Of a stretch of 64,000 nt of DNA, positions 12,066 through 23,338 are shown one piece after another. The position numbers were made by a program, and so were the translations under genes. A model generated the notes under the pieces. It was not told the DNA's origin, did not search any database, and saw only the letters and a list, made by a program, of their open reading frames with translations. The stretch is taken from contig BQFW01000008.1 in assembly GCA_020891255.1 (NCBI GenBank), positions 124,001 to 188,000 of the forward strand, in the 5' to 3' direction. Source of the DNA: Entomortierella parvispora E1425. Taxonomy: Eukaryota; Fungi; Mortierellomycota. The stretch's first letter is position 1, and each line of letters opens with the position of its first letter.

Positions 12066-14567
12066 TTACTCGTCGTCATCATCATCGTCCTCCAGGGGTT
12101 CATCGTCCTCGATACTGCGGGTGAGAAGCGTCTGCATCATGGGCAAGTATGGATGTTCGCGACCAACAGGGTTCTGACGCTTCACTTGGTCAAAGTACTT
12201 CTGGTACACATTACCATCATAAACACCCAAGGGCGAGTTGATCATGTAATCAGAGTAGTTGAACGCGTCAATCAAGGGGATGTACTCCTGACGGACCTCG
12301 CGACAGAACACGTTGACCTGAGCGCGAACATAGTCCATCTGCGATGGCGTAAAGTAGCGGTACTGCAAGAAGAAACCAGCGTTCTGCTCGATCGAGTACA
12401 ATCCGTACAGCAGGCAGACCTTTGTCAAGACAGTCTTCAATCCCTCAGGGGCATTCTTAACAGCGTCCGCAAAACGACGGAAGACGTAACCGAAAGAATG
12501 GATCTTGGCAGCAGCTAGACGAGCCTGGGAGCACTCTTCATAAGCACCCTCGGGGTTCATACCCTGCTTCAAGCAGGCCTCAAAGTCATCACCAGCCTTC
12601 TTGACAACGTTGGCAGTGACGACGCCCCAAGCTTGCTGGATAATATCAAAACTCAAGATCTCCTCGCTGTTCTTAACAGCGCATCCTTGGTTCAAAAGAC
12701 TGTCCATATGGTTGAGGTAGCTGACTCCTTCTGGCTGAGTCCTTCCGGCCAAAGCCTCGCGGTAACAGTTGACAAGGTAACGGCCAGACTGAAGGGTCAA
12801 AATGGTGTTGTCTCCCTCCCAGGTGCAGTGAACTGCAAAGTCGTTGTAGGTGCTTGCAAGGCCAGTGTAAGCAGAGTATCCGTGGCCTCCTAGAGTCTGA
12901 CGACAGGCCTCAATGGCGTTCAAGGTCGACCAGGTACAGAAGGCCTTCAATCCTGCAGAAGTGGCGTGGGTCTCCTTGAGGGTCTCGATGACCTCCTGCA
13001 AACCATCATCATCTGGCTGGGATCCCTCAAGCTGGTCCATCAGAGCGTCGTAAAGCTTGTTGGTCTCGACTCCAGTAAAGTGGAAGGCGTACGCCTGGGC
13101 AAGGAGAGGCATCAGACGGTACTGGTGGATAGCGTAGTCAATAAGCTTGGTCTCCTGAACATCCAGAGGGTTGGACGAGAACTGGCGGCGAACAGCAGCA
13201 TAGCGACCAGCAATCGTCACGGCCTTCTTGGAGATGTTGCCTGAGTCAACAACCATGGCGACACGTCCCTGGATCAAGGCACCATAGGTCAATTGAGCCA
13301 TGGGGGGTTCCTTGACATCTCCAGAGCGCGACACCTTGGTGTGCTTCATCAACATGTTGGTGCGAGGGATGCGAACGTTTGTGAACTGAATCCAGCCGTT
13401 GTCAATGCCGTCGCGACCCATCTTCTTTCCAATATCGCCAATGTTGATGCCGGGCATGAGAGTGTAAGTCTTGGGATCACGGAGTTGGACCACAAAAGAC
13501 TTTGTTCCGTAGCGCTTGCCACGAATGATGAGCTGGGCAAAGACCACAGTGTGGGTAGCAGTGTGAGCAGCACCTCCGATCCACCACTTGGTGGCAGTGA
13601 TGGTGGGGGTGTGGATGATGAACTGATCAGAAGCCTCGTCAAAGGTAGCCGTGGTCTCGAGTCCAGCAACGTTGGAGCCGTGTCCAAGCTCAGTCATGGC
13701 AAAGCATCCGACCATACCGTTCAAGGCCAAGGCGCCCTTGGAGACCCAGTGAGAGAACTGGGAAGATGTAGCTGATCCACGAAGAGCGCCAAAGAAGAGA
13801 CCAAAGTGAACACCGAATCGGGTCCAGAAACCAGGGTCAATCAACGAGATGGTCTGCATGCGCATCGTGAAGATGGGCACAGGCTCAGCCGAGACGTAGT
13901 GGACAATTGTGCGGAACTGGTCGAGAGATCAAAAGGGCGATCGGACAAAAAGGTCGGGAATAGATAAGTTGGGGGGGTTTGAACGTTCATCTGCGATAAA
14001 GTGACAGGCGGCAATTTCAACTGGCTATCAAGAAGCAGCCGTTTTATTGGAAAGCTGTCTTACCTTCTCCATGGTGCGCTCTCTGATCTGGTCCTTGGTC
14101 AAATCGTACATGTCGTGCATTCTGAAGGTGGGATCGCGCTCAAGTTCCATCATGAACTTTTCCCTGACCTGTCAAAATTTAAGAGAGGAAAGTCTTGTCC
14201 GTGAGTGTCAAAGTTCCTTCAAACAGAGCGCGTTTCCCACGATTTCCCTGGGCTGCAACACATCAAGACGCAACAGCTGATCTTCTTTACCTTTGTGAAC
14301 TTTTCACCTCCATCGAGGTAGTAGGTCAGCTCGCGAACGTCGAAAGTGGCCTTTTCTCTCTCCTCAGACATGGACTCCATTGGACTAGAATATCGCGATC
14401 AATGAAAGCGTCAGATGGAGGGCTGAGCACACATGCATCATGATGTGCGGAAACTGTAGACATCGTTCTTACGTTTTGACGCGAGGTTCTTCTTGGGCAG
14501 CACAGGGAGACATCTGGAGGTGGCTATGGACAGAGCCGAGGCGCTGTGAAGCGGCAGCGTGGGACAT
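12066..14567 (-). CDS. POX1: Peroxisomal acyl-CoA oxidase, about 714 aa
   Basis: Exons 14567-14473, 14384-14291, 14168-14064, 13916-12066. Motifs CFAMTELGHGSNVAGLET, KWWIGG, GVDNG-like GIDNGW, CTWEGDN; strong codon bias. Confidence 0.95.
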
Positions 14568-14716
14568 TTGGTGGCGTGCCAGTTGATGAGTGAGAGTAGG
14601 AAGGAGGTGGTAAGAAGAATGAGGTCAAGACGGGGAAGAGGGAGCGGTGAAGGAATGACAGGTGAGGGATGGGGGATGGAATGGAACGAAGAAAGAGAGT
14701 CGTGAATGCGGTTGAC

Positions 14717-14741
14717 TTTATATATTGCCATTCACCCTCGG
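14717..14741 (-). promoter_or_regulatory. TATA box (TATATAAA) with adjacent CCGAGG/CCTCGG motif upstream of acyl-CoA oxidase
   Basis: Plus-strand TTTATATA at 14717-14724 (150 nt upstream of the ATG) and CCTCGG at 14736-14741. Confidence 0.55.
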
Positions 14742-14915
14742 ACGGCAAGCACAGGTCAAGCCGAGAGTGGCAAAGAAGGTTCGCTTGCCCCCAGCAAAGC
14801 AGCCCAAGGGTGCAAATTCAGTTTGGACCGTGGCGTGGAGGGGGAAGATTCAAGGCGGTGGGAGAGAGAGAGCCGATCTCTTGGGGTGCAGAAAGTTGCT
14901 TTAGCGGGTCCATTC

Positions 14916-14947
<32 letters not shown>

Positions 14948-16174
14948 CTTTCTTTTCTCGTGTGGGGGTTCTCTCTCTGTCCTTTTCTTCTTTTGCTCTG
15001 TCTCTTGCTGTTGCTTGGCACGGACAGGCGCCGATCGATCGACCGGCCATGTGAAAGACGAGCAACAGCTCGGGTCCTGTCGGTCTGTTTGTCTTGTTCT
15101 GTGCGCGTGGACCCTGGGTCATTACAACTTTGCAGTTTGATGTTTGCCAGCAAGCGTGGACCAGAGGATGAAACGACTTGCGGGAGGACAAAATAGGGAT
15201 TTTGGTCTGGTGGCAAACGGCAGACTGTCATTTTCTGCTGGCAAAGAACCAGCCACCTGCTGACGGATGGACATGGTCACCACCGCCACGTTTTGCATGG
15301 TGCCCAACCTTCCACGCTAGGCGATGACGACCTAATTCAAAAAGAAAGCGCAAGTACTTCGTCACCGTTGTGTGTTTCAACAATGGACCACTGCTAGCAG
15401 GCAAAAGGAGCAAGACCAAACAAAAAAGAGAGGCCATGCATGCCCTGAACTACCAAACGGGCTTATTGTTGCAGCCTCAAGCGAACGTTACAAAAACAAG
15501 AGAAAGGATGCTGTCATGAACCAAAGGAGAGAGCGAGCACAAACATCCCTGTCGTCATTGGTGTCGACCTAAAGAAGCAGGCCATCCAGGAAGAAAGGAA
15601 TGAATGAAAGAATGAATAAAGAGCGCACACACCCACACCCACAAACAGAGGACAACCCACCCAAGAAAGAGAGGAGGGAGGAGAGGGAGGCACCAATCCA
15701 CGACAGCATCCAACCCAAAGACTGTTGGTCATCCATCCCAGTCAGCATCACCGTCCGTCAACCGATCCTCGCTTCCGGTGTGGTGTCGGCAGGAATCCAT
15801 CGAATCCAGGGACTTTGCACGCTGACTGGCCGAGACCGGGTGCCGGACCAATGCCCGCAGCAGGAGCAACAACAATGACCGCACTGCTCTCAACAGTCCC
15901 TTCATGCGTGGGTTGGTGCTCCGCATTCGGGCCTTCGTCTGTTTCTCACTCATCTCTGGATGCTTCCACTGCTTTCGCACGTTTGGTTGCAGCGACGGCG
16001 CCCTTCTTCCCTTCTTTTTTCTTTATCCTCTTGTCCTCCTGTGTTTCTTTTCCCTTTTCTTCTTCCTTCTCTTCTTCCGTCTCCTCTTCCTTCTCGTGCT
16101 CCAGTCCTCGCCACATCTCCCCTCCTTCTCCTCCCCCTCCAATTCACCCACTCTCTTGTCCGCAAGACCTGCAG

Positions 16175-19100
16175 ATGGCTCCTCTACTCTCACAGCTAAA
16201 AAACTTTATTAGAAACGGAAGCAAGAAAAGACACCACGCACGCGAAGCACGATCGACCCACTCTTCTCCCTTGACCTCCTCCTCCTCCAAATCCGCTACT
16301 CCTCCCACCATGCATGTTACTCCCCCCAACACTCTCCCTAAAATGGATCAGCAGCAATATCACAATCATCAATACGAAGATAGTCAAATGGATACGACCC
16401 AGGACTCCCTTGGTGACCACCACCCCCACCACCATCAACAACAGCATGTCATTCCCTCGGTCCAACACTTCACTGCTGCCGCGGTCGCAACCCCACCCGC
16501 CACCCCTCCAGAGACCCGACATGAACAACAGTATCACCAGCAACAACGGCAGCAACAGCAACAGAATCAGCAGGCTCAACAGATCACACCAGGGTTCGAG
16601 TACAACAACAACAACACCGAGGCGGCCTCCAGGATGATTGCAGAAGAGAATGAGCAACGAAACAAATTGCCCTTCTATCCAGGCTTGGAGCGATACACCC
16701 TTGTCGAAAAGATGGGAGAGTAAGTCGTCTATCTACGTTTGAATGTTTCGAGGGTGGGGATCATTCTTTTCATTTTTTTTCCCCTTTCATTTTGGCTCTT
16801 CGCTATTCCGCTCTTGTGAGGAAAGAGGGGAAAGGAAAGAGCGACGGGTCCCACATGCAAAGGGAAGAAAGCGCGCGGCGCACAGTGCAGGAGTCCTTGC
16901 CCGTACTCCCCCCGCTGCATGTCCAACAGCATGCACGGTCGAAGGAAGAAAAAGAAAACAAGGATTGGGAAAAAAAAAGGATACCACTGTGAGCTTGGGA
17001 GGGAAGGCGAGAGCGAGAGCAACAGTTCTTCCTCGCCGTGTCCAACTGTCGTGTTACCACGGAGAGCATCACTCCCTGTTGTCTGTGATGAAGCACTGTC
17101 GTCATGGGGGCGGCTTCGAGACTACACCACTACGCCTCGGTGCCCCTTGGTGCTGCTCTAACTAAGCAAGGGCCAGCGGTAGCCTTTCTGTTCGTTGAGA
17201 GAGAGAAAAGGGAGGGAAAAGAGGAAAATACTAGCGCTGGCCTAGTGTATTCTTGGTAACGATGCCGTGTTTGGCCTGTGCGTGCCATTCGAGTGTCATC
17301 GTTTTGCGATTCTGCCCCAAGGTCTGTCATCCTTGCACGATTTCTGACCAAAATTCTCTCCTCCCCCTTTAAAAAAAACAGCGGTGCTTTCAGCAATGTC
17401 TACAAGGCGCGCGACACCAAGACAGGGGGTCTTGTGGCTGTCAAGATTGTGCGCAAGTATGATATCAATGCCCACCAGGTAAGACCTCAAGACCGATCGT
17501 CTGGGGACGATGTTTGCTAATTCACTCGATACCGCACGTTATCGTTCGAGACATGAAAAGAAGAAACCGCGGATGCTCACATCCCCCGTCTCTGCATCCA
17601 TAGAACAAGCATCTGCACAAGGACATGAAAAAGAAACCCCGCGTAACCGAGGTAAGGAGAGTTCTTTGTGCCATGATGCAATCGTCATCGGCGCCTGCGA
17701 GCTGGCTGTGAACAGATAAACAGAGTTTCTGACGCCCATTCTTCTCCGCTCTCCCCTCTGTCTCATTCCAGCGTGCCAACATCCTCAAGGAGGTCCAGAT
17801 CATGCGACAGCTAAAGCATCCAGGCATCGTGGAGCTGCACGAGTTCTCAGAGTCGGATGAGCATTATTTCCTTGTGCTGGAACTGGCGCCCGGAGGAGAG
17901 CTCTTTCACAGGATCGTCAAACTCACCTACTTCTCAGAGGAGCTCACACGCCACGTCATTGTCCAGGTCGCTCAGGCAATCCGATACTTGCACGAGGAAA
18001 AGGGTGTGATTCATCGTGACATCAAACCTGAGAACATTCTCTTTGAGCCCATCCCCATTATCCCCTCCCCACCTGGCTACAGGCCCTCAGACGAAGAAGA
18101 GAAGGAGGACGAAGGAATCTTCCAGCCCGGTGTCGGCGGTGGTGGCATTGGACGGGTCAAGATTGCTGATTTTGGTCTCTCCAAGGTCGTGTGGGATTCG
18201 CAAACGATGACGCCGTGCGGAACTGTCGGATACACTGCACCCGAAATTGTCAAGGATGAGCGTTATTCCAAATCAGTTGACATGTGGGCCATGGGTTGTG
18301 TACTCTATACCCTTCTCTGCGGGTTCCCTCCTTTCTACGACGAGAGCATCCAGGCTCTGACAGAGAAGGTGGCGCGCGGACAGTACACCTTCCTGAGCCC
18401 CTGGTGGGACGAGATTTCGGTCGAGGGTAAGTGTCTAAATGATCAATTGAATATATTTCGACCCATGGGTAATATTTTTTTCCAGAAGCTAACCCTCGCA
18501 TGGCCTCCCAATTTCATTCAATTCATAGTCAAAGATCTGATTACACATCTTCTTTGCGTGGATCCCGTGAAGCGATATACCATTGACCAATTTTTGGCTC
18601 ACCCCTGGGTTCGAGCAGGCGAGCAGTCCATGTACGCAAATGACTCGGATGCCTTGAGCAGGGCTGTCCCCGAAATCTCCATCGCTTCCCAAGTTCCTCA
18701 GCCTCAACCTGCCTTTGCCGAGAACAGACTTTTGGCCAATGTTGCGGCCATGACGCCCGATTATGGCGTCACGCCAAGAACCCCTTATAAGAGGAGAGCC
18801 GAGAACCCACTCTCTCCCGGCGTGGGATTGCGCGAAGTGTTTGATATCTCGAATGCCGTCCACCGCATGGAGGAAGAGACCCGCCGTCGCCGTGCTGCCG
18901 GCGATCAGGGAGATGCTCGATTGCGTCAGGCTTTCATGACCCAGTTGAACGAAGAGGAAGAGGAGCAGGATGGACACATGTCGGATGGTTCCTCAGGTTC
19001 AGCTATGAGCGAGGAGGACTCCATGACTGCCCAGATGGGCAATGTGCGTCTCAACAACATTGCAAAAGCTCAAGATCGAAACAACCTCTTCCGACAACAA

Positions 19101-19445
19101 CAAGAGTATCAGCGCGCACAGGAGGAGATGGCGGCACAGAAACATCAGGCGTATTTGCGACAGCAACAACTCGCAGGCCTTGCCATTCCCGAACATCATA
19201 TGGTGTCCTCAGCATCGCACCCTATCAATCATATGAGCGCCAGCACATCTGCCTCTACAGTAGGATCCACCTCTAGCGCGAATGCTGGCAACAATCGACG
19301 TCGCCGGGCAGGCTTTGAACTCAACATGAATCAAGCCACACTGCTGAATCGTCGTGCAAAGCACCAGGTGCCTGCTCCCGCAGGTCATACAGTCGAATAC
19401 CAGGAACAACTCATGAGACAACAGCCACCTGCCATGGCCGTATAG
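16175..19445 (+). CDS. CAMK-group Ser/Thr kinase of the Srk1/Cmk2/Rck2 (MAPKAP-like) type, about 753 aa
   Basis: Exons 16175-16719, 17382-17478, 17604-17651, 17772-18426, 18529-19445. Motifs MGDGAFSNV, VAVK, HRDIKPEN, DFG, TPCGTVGYTAPE; acidic kinase insert typical of Rck2/Srk1; Q/H-rich N-terminus. Confidence 0.92.
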
Positions 19446-19553
19446 TTTTCTCGTTCTGCATTCCCCCCACTATCGCATGTTGTATTATAAAGACTTTTCA
19501 ATCCTCTTTTTTTTTGCTCAAAAAATATTTGAAGTGGAACGCTGCTGTTTGGT

Positions 19554-21103
19554 TTATTGCTGGCGATCCAATTCCATATTGCTACCATGGAGTGATGTGA
19601 TTGACCTGACGCCTTGATTCGTATCAGAACGTATCCGCTTATGAGTGCCACTATTCGGGTCCATCTCTTCCAACACGCCATTCTTTTCCTTGCGTAGCCT
19701 CCGTCTCTCCTTTCGCCACTCTGCTTTGCTTCCTTGTACACTGCCAACCTGAGTATCTGCATCGCCGCCTGTCAAATCAGAATGGCCCTTGGAGACCGGT
19801 TCTCGGATGACTGTACTGGATGATCGTTTTGAATATTCATAATTGACCACTGGGAGGACTTCCAATTTCGTCCGCGCACGCAAATCCCTCAGGTCTTGAG
19901 ATTCAACCTCCTCAAAATTCTCTTCCTTGATCGATGTCAACAAGTCGGCGACAGGAATGTCCTGTTGCAGAGTATCCTTGTGTGCAGCCATTGCCACTTT
20001 GTTCTCAGCCGCCATCAGTCTTTTCAGGTTCGTTTCCACTAATCGTGATTGTTCTGCATTTAGTTCCCGAATAGCCTGAGGATCCGTTGGCCGCGTAACA
20101 AATACCTAAAAACAAATATAAAAAGGGGGGTCAGGTCCATGATTGACAGATTCTTGGTATAGAATATTTCATCAGAGCAAAAAAAAAAACAAAAAAAAAA
20201 AAGACTCTTACAGGTGTTTGTTTGTAAGAGTGCTTGCTCGGAAACGCTGGTAGATGATCAGGTACAACAGTCCGTGCCGTCACTTTCGCACTCTTTGGTC
20301 CAGCCGCCTGCTTTTCTTTCTCATCTTCTTCATCGCTGTCAGAGTTGTCTTCAATATCCGAGTCCAGAAGATCAGTTTTTGTTTCCTTTTTCTGTTCCTT
20401 CTTGGCCAATGTCTCCTGCAATGGTCCTCGTAAAAGTGGTGTGCCTATTATTATAAAATGTGTCAACTGATCGCCTCAGACCAATATACATGCGACCCTC
20501 CTTCTGCGAATATCAGCCCGTCCACAGTATACAAGATCCATACCTGAATGCGAGGCTTTCCTGGCATATGACTCTAGACTGGCTGGATTCAAGTTCATGT
20601 CTGCGAAAGCCTGTTGAAGATCGTGAATGTTGGGTCGTGTGCGTCCTGCAAGCTCGGCAAATGAATGTGCAATAGAGTACATTTGTTGGGTATCTGTTTT
20701 CATAAGAGAGGTGGAGAACACAGTTCGGTCAAGAAGGATCTCAATGTTAGTAAGGACGTGCCTCTTGTGGTTCTGCTGGTTGGACGGAGTTGAGAGAGTC
20801 GCTTCTTCAATGAACCAAACCAAACATACAATTTTCGAATGAACGAGTGAGTGACTCTAGAGCAGAAGCAGTGATGCCCTCGAATCCTGCCGCAAGTGCG
20901 AGGATGGAGACTAGCTTTTTGCAAGTTGCCTCGGCAGTGGCGCTGTCCATGGCATGGGCTGGTGGTGGTGCCTGGCGCGAAGAGCGCTGTTGAATGGTTC
21001 GTGCGGACACCTGCCGAGCTAATGACGGTCTGGATGCATTTGTATTGCTCGCGTTGACGGCGGGCGAGGAAGCCTGAGGGAAGGTGGCAATGATGTCCGA
21101 CAT
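19554..21103 (-). CDS. TAF8: TFIID subunit TAF8 (Bromo_TP histone fold plus TAF8_C), about 402 aa
   Basis: Exons 21103-20830, 20693-20544, 20444-20212, 20105-19554. Motifs AAGFEGITASALESL, AELAGRTRPNIHD, VPDHLPAFPSKHSYKQTPV, TDPQAIRE. Start codon uncertain (21103 preferred). Confidence 0.85.
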
Positions 21104-21265
21104 TGCGTACTCTGTATCCTGTCGCCTAAGGATGGAGATGGTCGATGGAGTGCGGTGCTGTCCGTTGCTGGTTGCTGTGTTGGCGTTGCTTCGTGAGTGG
21201 GAGGAAGAGATGCGAAGCAGAAAGGCGCTGGGTGGTGGGCCTGTGTATTTTGTGGCTTGTTCGTG

Positions 21266-21273
21266 CACGTGAC
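21266..21273. promoter_or_regulatory. GTCACGTG E-box in the TAF8/SmF bidirectional promoter
   Basis: TGCACGTGACG at 21264-21274; the identical 11-mer occurs in the ASF1/DPH2 promoter. Confidence 0.55.
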
Positions 21274-21354
21274 GCACCTCTCTCGCCAGCATGGCCTCGA
21301 TGGCATCTCGTTCGAGTTGCTCTTCACATCAACCCTATACCACCACCCCGAATC

Positions 21355-22052
21355 ATGTCCACTGTAAGTCTGCGCTGGACAGTCTCCAACCTCGACCCAA
21401 GGATATACACGGACACGCGAATTCTGAAAGGCTTAATGTCAAGAGTTTTCATTGGCTGGGCAGCTGGAGACGTTGACCGGTCTGTTGTTTACATCGGTTT
21501 ACTATGGCGAACAATGAGGACATCTCAGGAAAAGTGCTCCAGTCAAAGAGTGCAAATGAACAAACACAGACAAGCAGAAGAAGCCACCAGAAAAGCAACG
21601 ACAGCATGACTGGAAGCACTAGGATTTTCCAAAGCCTCTTCGTCATCAGATATTGGCGGCTGGACCATTTTCGATTCAAATTCTCATATTTGCTTCGCCT
21701 TCAAATCTCTACTAGTTTGTGCCCGTCAACCCCAAGCCATTCTTGAACGACCTCACAGGAAAGGCCGTCATGGTCAAGCTGAAGTGGGGACAGGAGTACA
21801 AGGGATTCTTGGTCTCGGTTGATTCATACATGAACTTGCAGGTATGATATTTTCATTCGAGATCTTTATCAAGTCAGCCCTTTCTTGCCCAGATCGGACC
21901 ATGCTGACCGTTTCCTTTTAAATTGATCCGTGTTTTTTGAATAGCTCGCAAACACAGAAGAGTTTGTCGATGGAACGTCAGCAGGCACCTTGGGCGAGGT
22001 CTTGATCCGCTGCAACAACGTGCTCTATGTACGGGGAATTGACGAAGAATAG
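21355..22052 (+). CDS. SMX3: snRNP core protein SmF, 80 aa
   Basis: Exons 21355-21363 (ATG TCC ACT|GTAAGT), 21716-21841, 21945-22052. Protein [71 protein letters not shown]. This gene is missed by the ORF track. Confidence 0.95.
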
Positions 22053-22384
22053 GAAGAGCCATTCGCTCTCTGATAAATATCGATAGGACGCATGGCTTCC
22101 TTTGCAATTGTTGCAACGTCGACCATCAATAATAAAACGAATATCATTTTGAACTGTCCAGTCCCTGTCAGAGAGAAGGAGCATTCAAGGGATCCTGTTA
22201 CCCGCAGGTGATTTCTTGTACGGTGACGTGCTGACATTGTGAATAGATTCGTGCATCGGCATTCTGACCTGCGCCTTCAAATTGGCAAAGACTCGCACTA
22301 ACTTTCTTCATCATCGCCACACTCCAACCCCACACCATCAAGGACACACAAGCCTACCAAGCCCCCAAGAACTCAAACTCAACC

Positions 22385-22717
22385 ATGACTACAAAACTTA
22401 TTGCCTTTTCGCCTGAACAGCAGCAGACGCTCTCGCCTCTCCCTCTGACTTCGCCCTCGTTCCTCAGCTATTTGCTCCAGTACCAGAACGAGACGATCCG
22501 TGGCATCAACGTCCGTTTGCCAGGCAACTTTGTACATTACTCTCTGTTGGCGGATCAAGAGATTGTTCCTGGTCAGACCACTGTCGGAGAGCTCAAGATG
22601 AAGGTGTTGAATGTCGTCTATGTGACTGACGGACAAGAGCGCGTGGATGAGTGTGTCCTCTGCAAAATGGGTGTCCATGTGGACGGGTTGCATGAGCAAC
22701 CTTCAAGTCGATCCTAA
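22385..22717 (+). CDS. Small intronless hypothetical protein, 110 aa
   Basis: ATG in ACCATG context after a CA-rich leader like those of neighbouring genes; non-repetitive protein-like sequence; fills an otherwise empty gap between SmF and the Hsp90 promoter. No family recognised. Confidence 0.6.
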   Translation: MTTKLIAFSPEQQQTLSPLPLTSPSFLSYLLQYQNETIRGINVRLPGNFVHYSLLADQEIVPGQTTVGELKMKVLNVVYVTDGQERVDECVLCKMGVHVDGLHEQPSSRS

Positions 22718-23068
22718 AGTGGGGTCTTGACGTCGCACCTTCTATCATGACATCTTGTAGGATATCTTCCACTCTTTTACACTTCACTTGTACCATTAGT
22801 TTAGTTTTTTTTGCCCTTCTCTGCGACGTATCTGCTCGCACCCTCCTCCACTCCTTCTGTTCTCTCCACTTTGTTACAAACCATTGTATATAGAATCGAT
22901 TATTGTAAAAAGAACCCATTGCGCTGTTCTATCTGCGTGTCTGTGTTCGTGTATGTGAATGGAATGTGGTCTACCGTGCACAGCCGCCGCGTGTTGTCCA
23001 GCGGCAGAGCCTTGGAACAACCTTTGCCAACGATCAGGCATGAGTCTGAGGAGTCTGAGCATATCCAC

Positions 23069-23078
23069 ATCACGTGAT
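23069..23078. promoter_or_regulatory. Palindromic ATCACGTGAT E-box, Hsp90 promoter
   Basis: About 260 nt upstream of the ATG at 23339. Confidence 0.5.
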
Positions 23079-23174
23079 CATTATCATCTCTGGCTGGCAA
23101 AGCAAGAAAAAAAAATCAATCTCAGCCACACAGCGAATAGAAGGGCATTTTATGCTTTGAACACCAAGAGGCAA

Positions 23175-23244
23175 AAAGCTTCTAGCAGTTTCCAGTTCAG
23201 TTCTGTGGCCCAGCACGGCAGGCACAGTCGAATGAATACATAAA
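23175..23244 (+). promoter_or_regulatory. Imperfect heat-shock element plus TATA-like element upstream of Hsp90
   Basis: AAAgcTTCtaGCAgtTTC at 23175-23192 matches alternating nGAAn/nTTCn with two mismatches; TACATAAA at 23237-23244. Confidence 0.4.
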
Positions 23245-23338
23245 GGACAGCGCCATCGGATTTCGATCCCTTTTTCCTCATCTTTTTTCTTTCCCCTTTC
23301 CCCTCCCCCGAAAGTCCCGAAGAACCAAGCTACCCGTC

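Noticed and set aside
12045-13775. Plus-strand ORFs over the acyl-CoA oxidase
   Set aside because: Antisense shadows of a strongly biased CDS.
21104-21292. Upstream in-frame ATG (21292) for TAF8
   Set aside because: It would leave only 62 bp to the divergent SmF ATG and place the E-box inside the CDS; the intervening sequence looks like a leader. 21103 is preferred.
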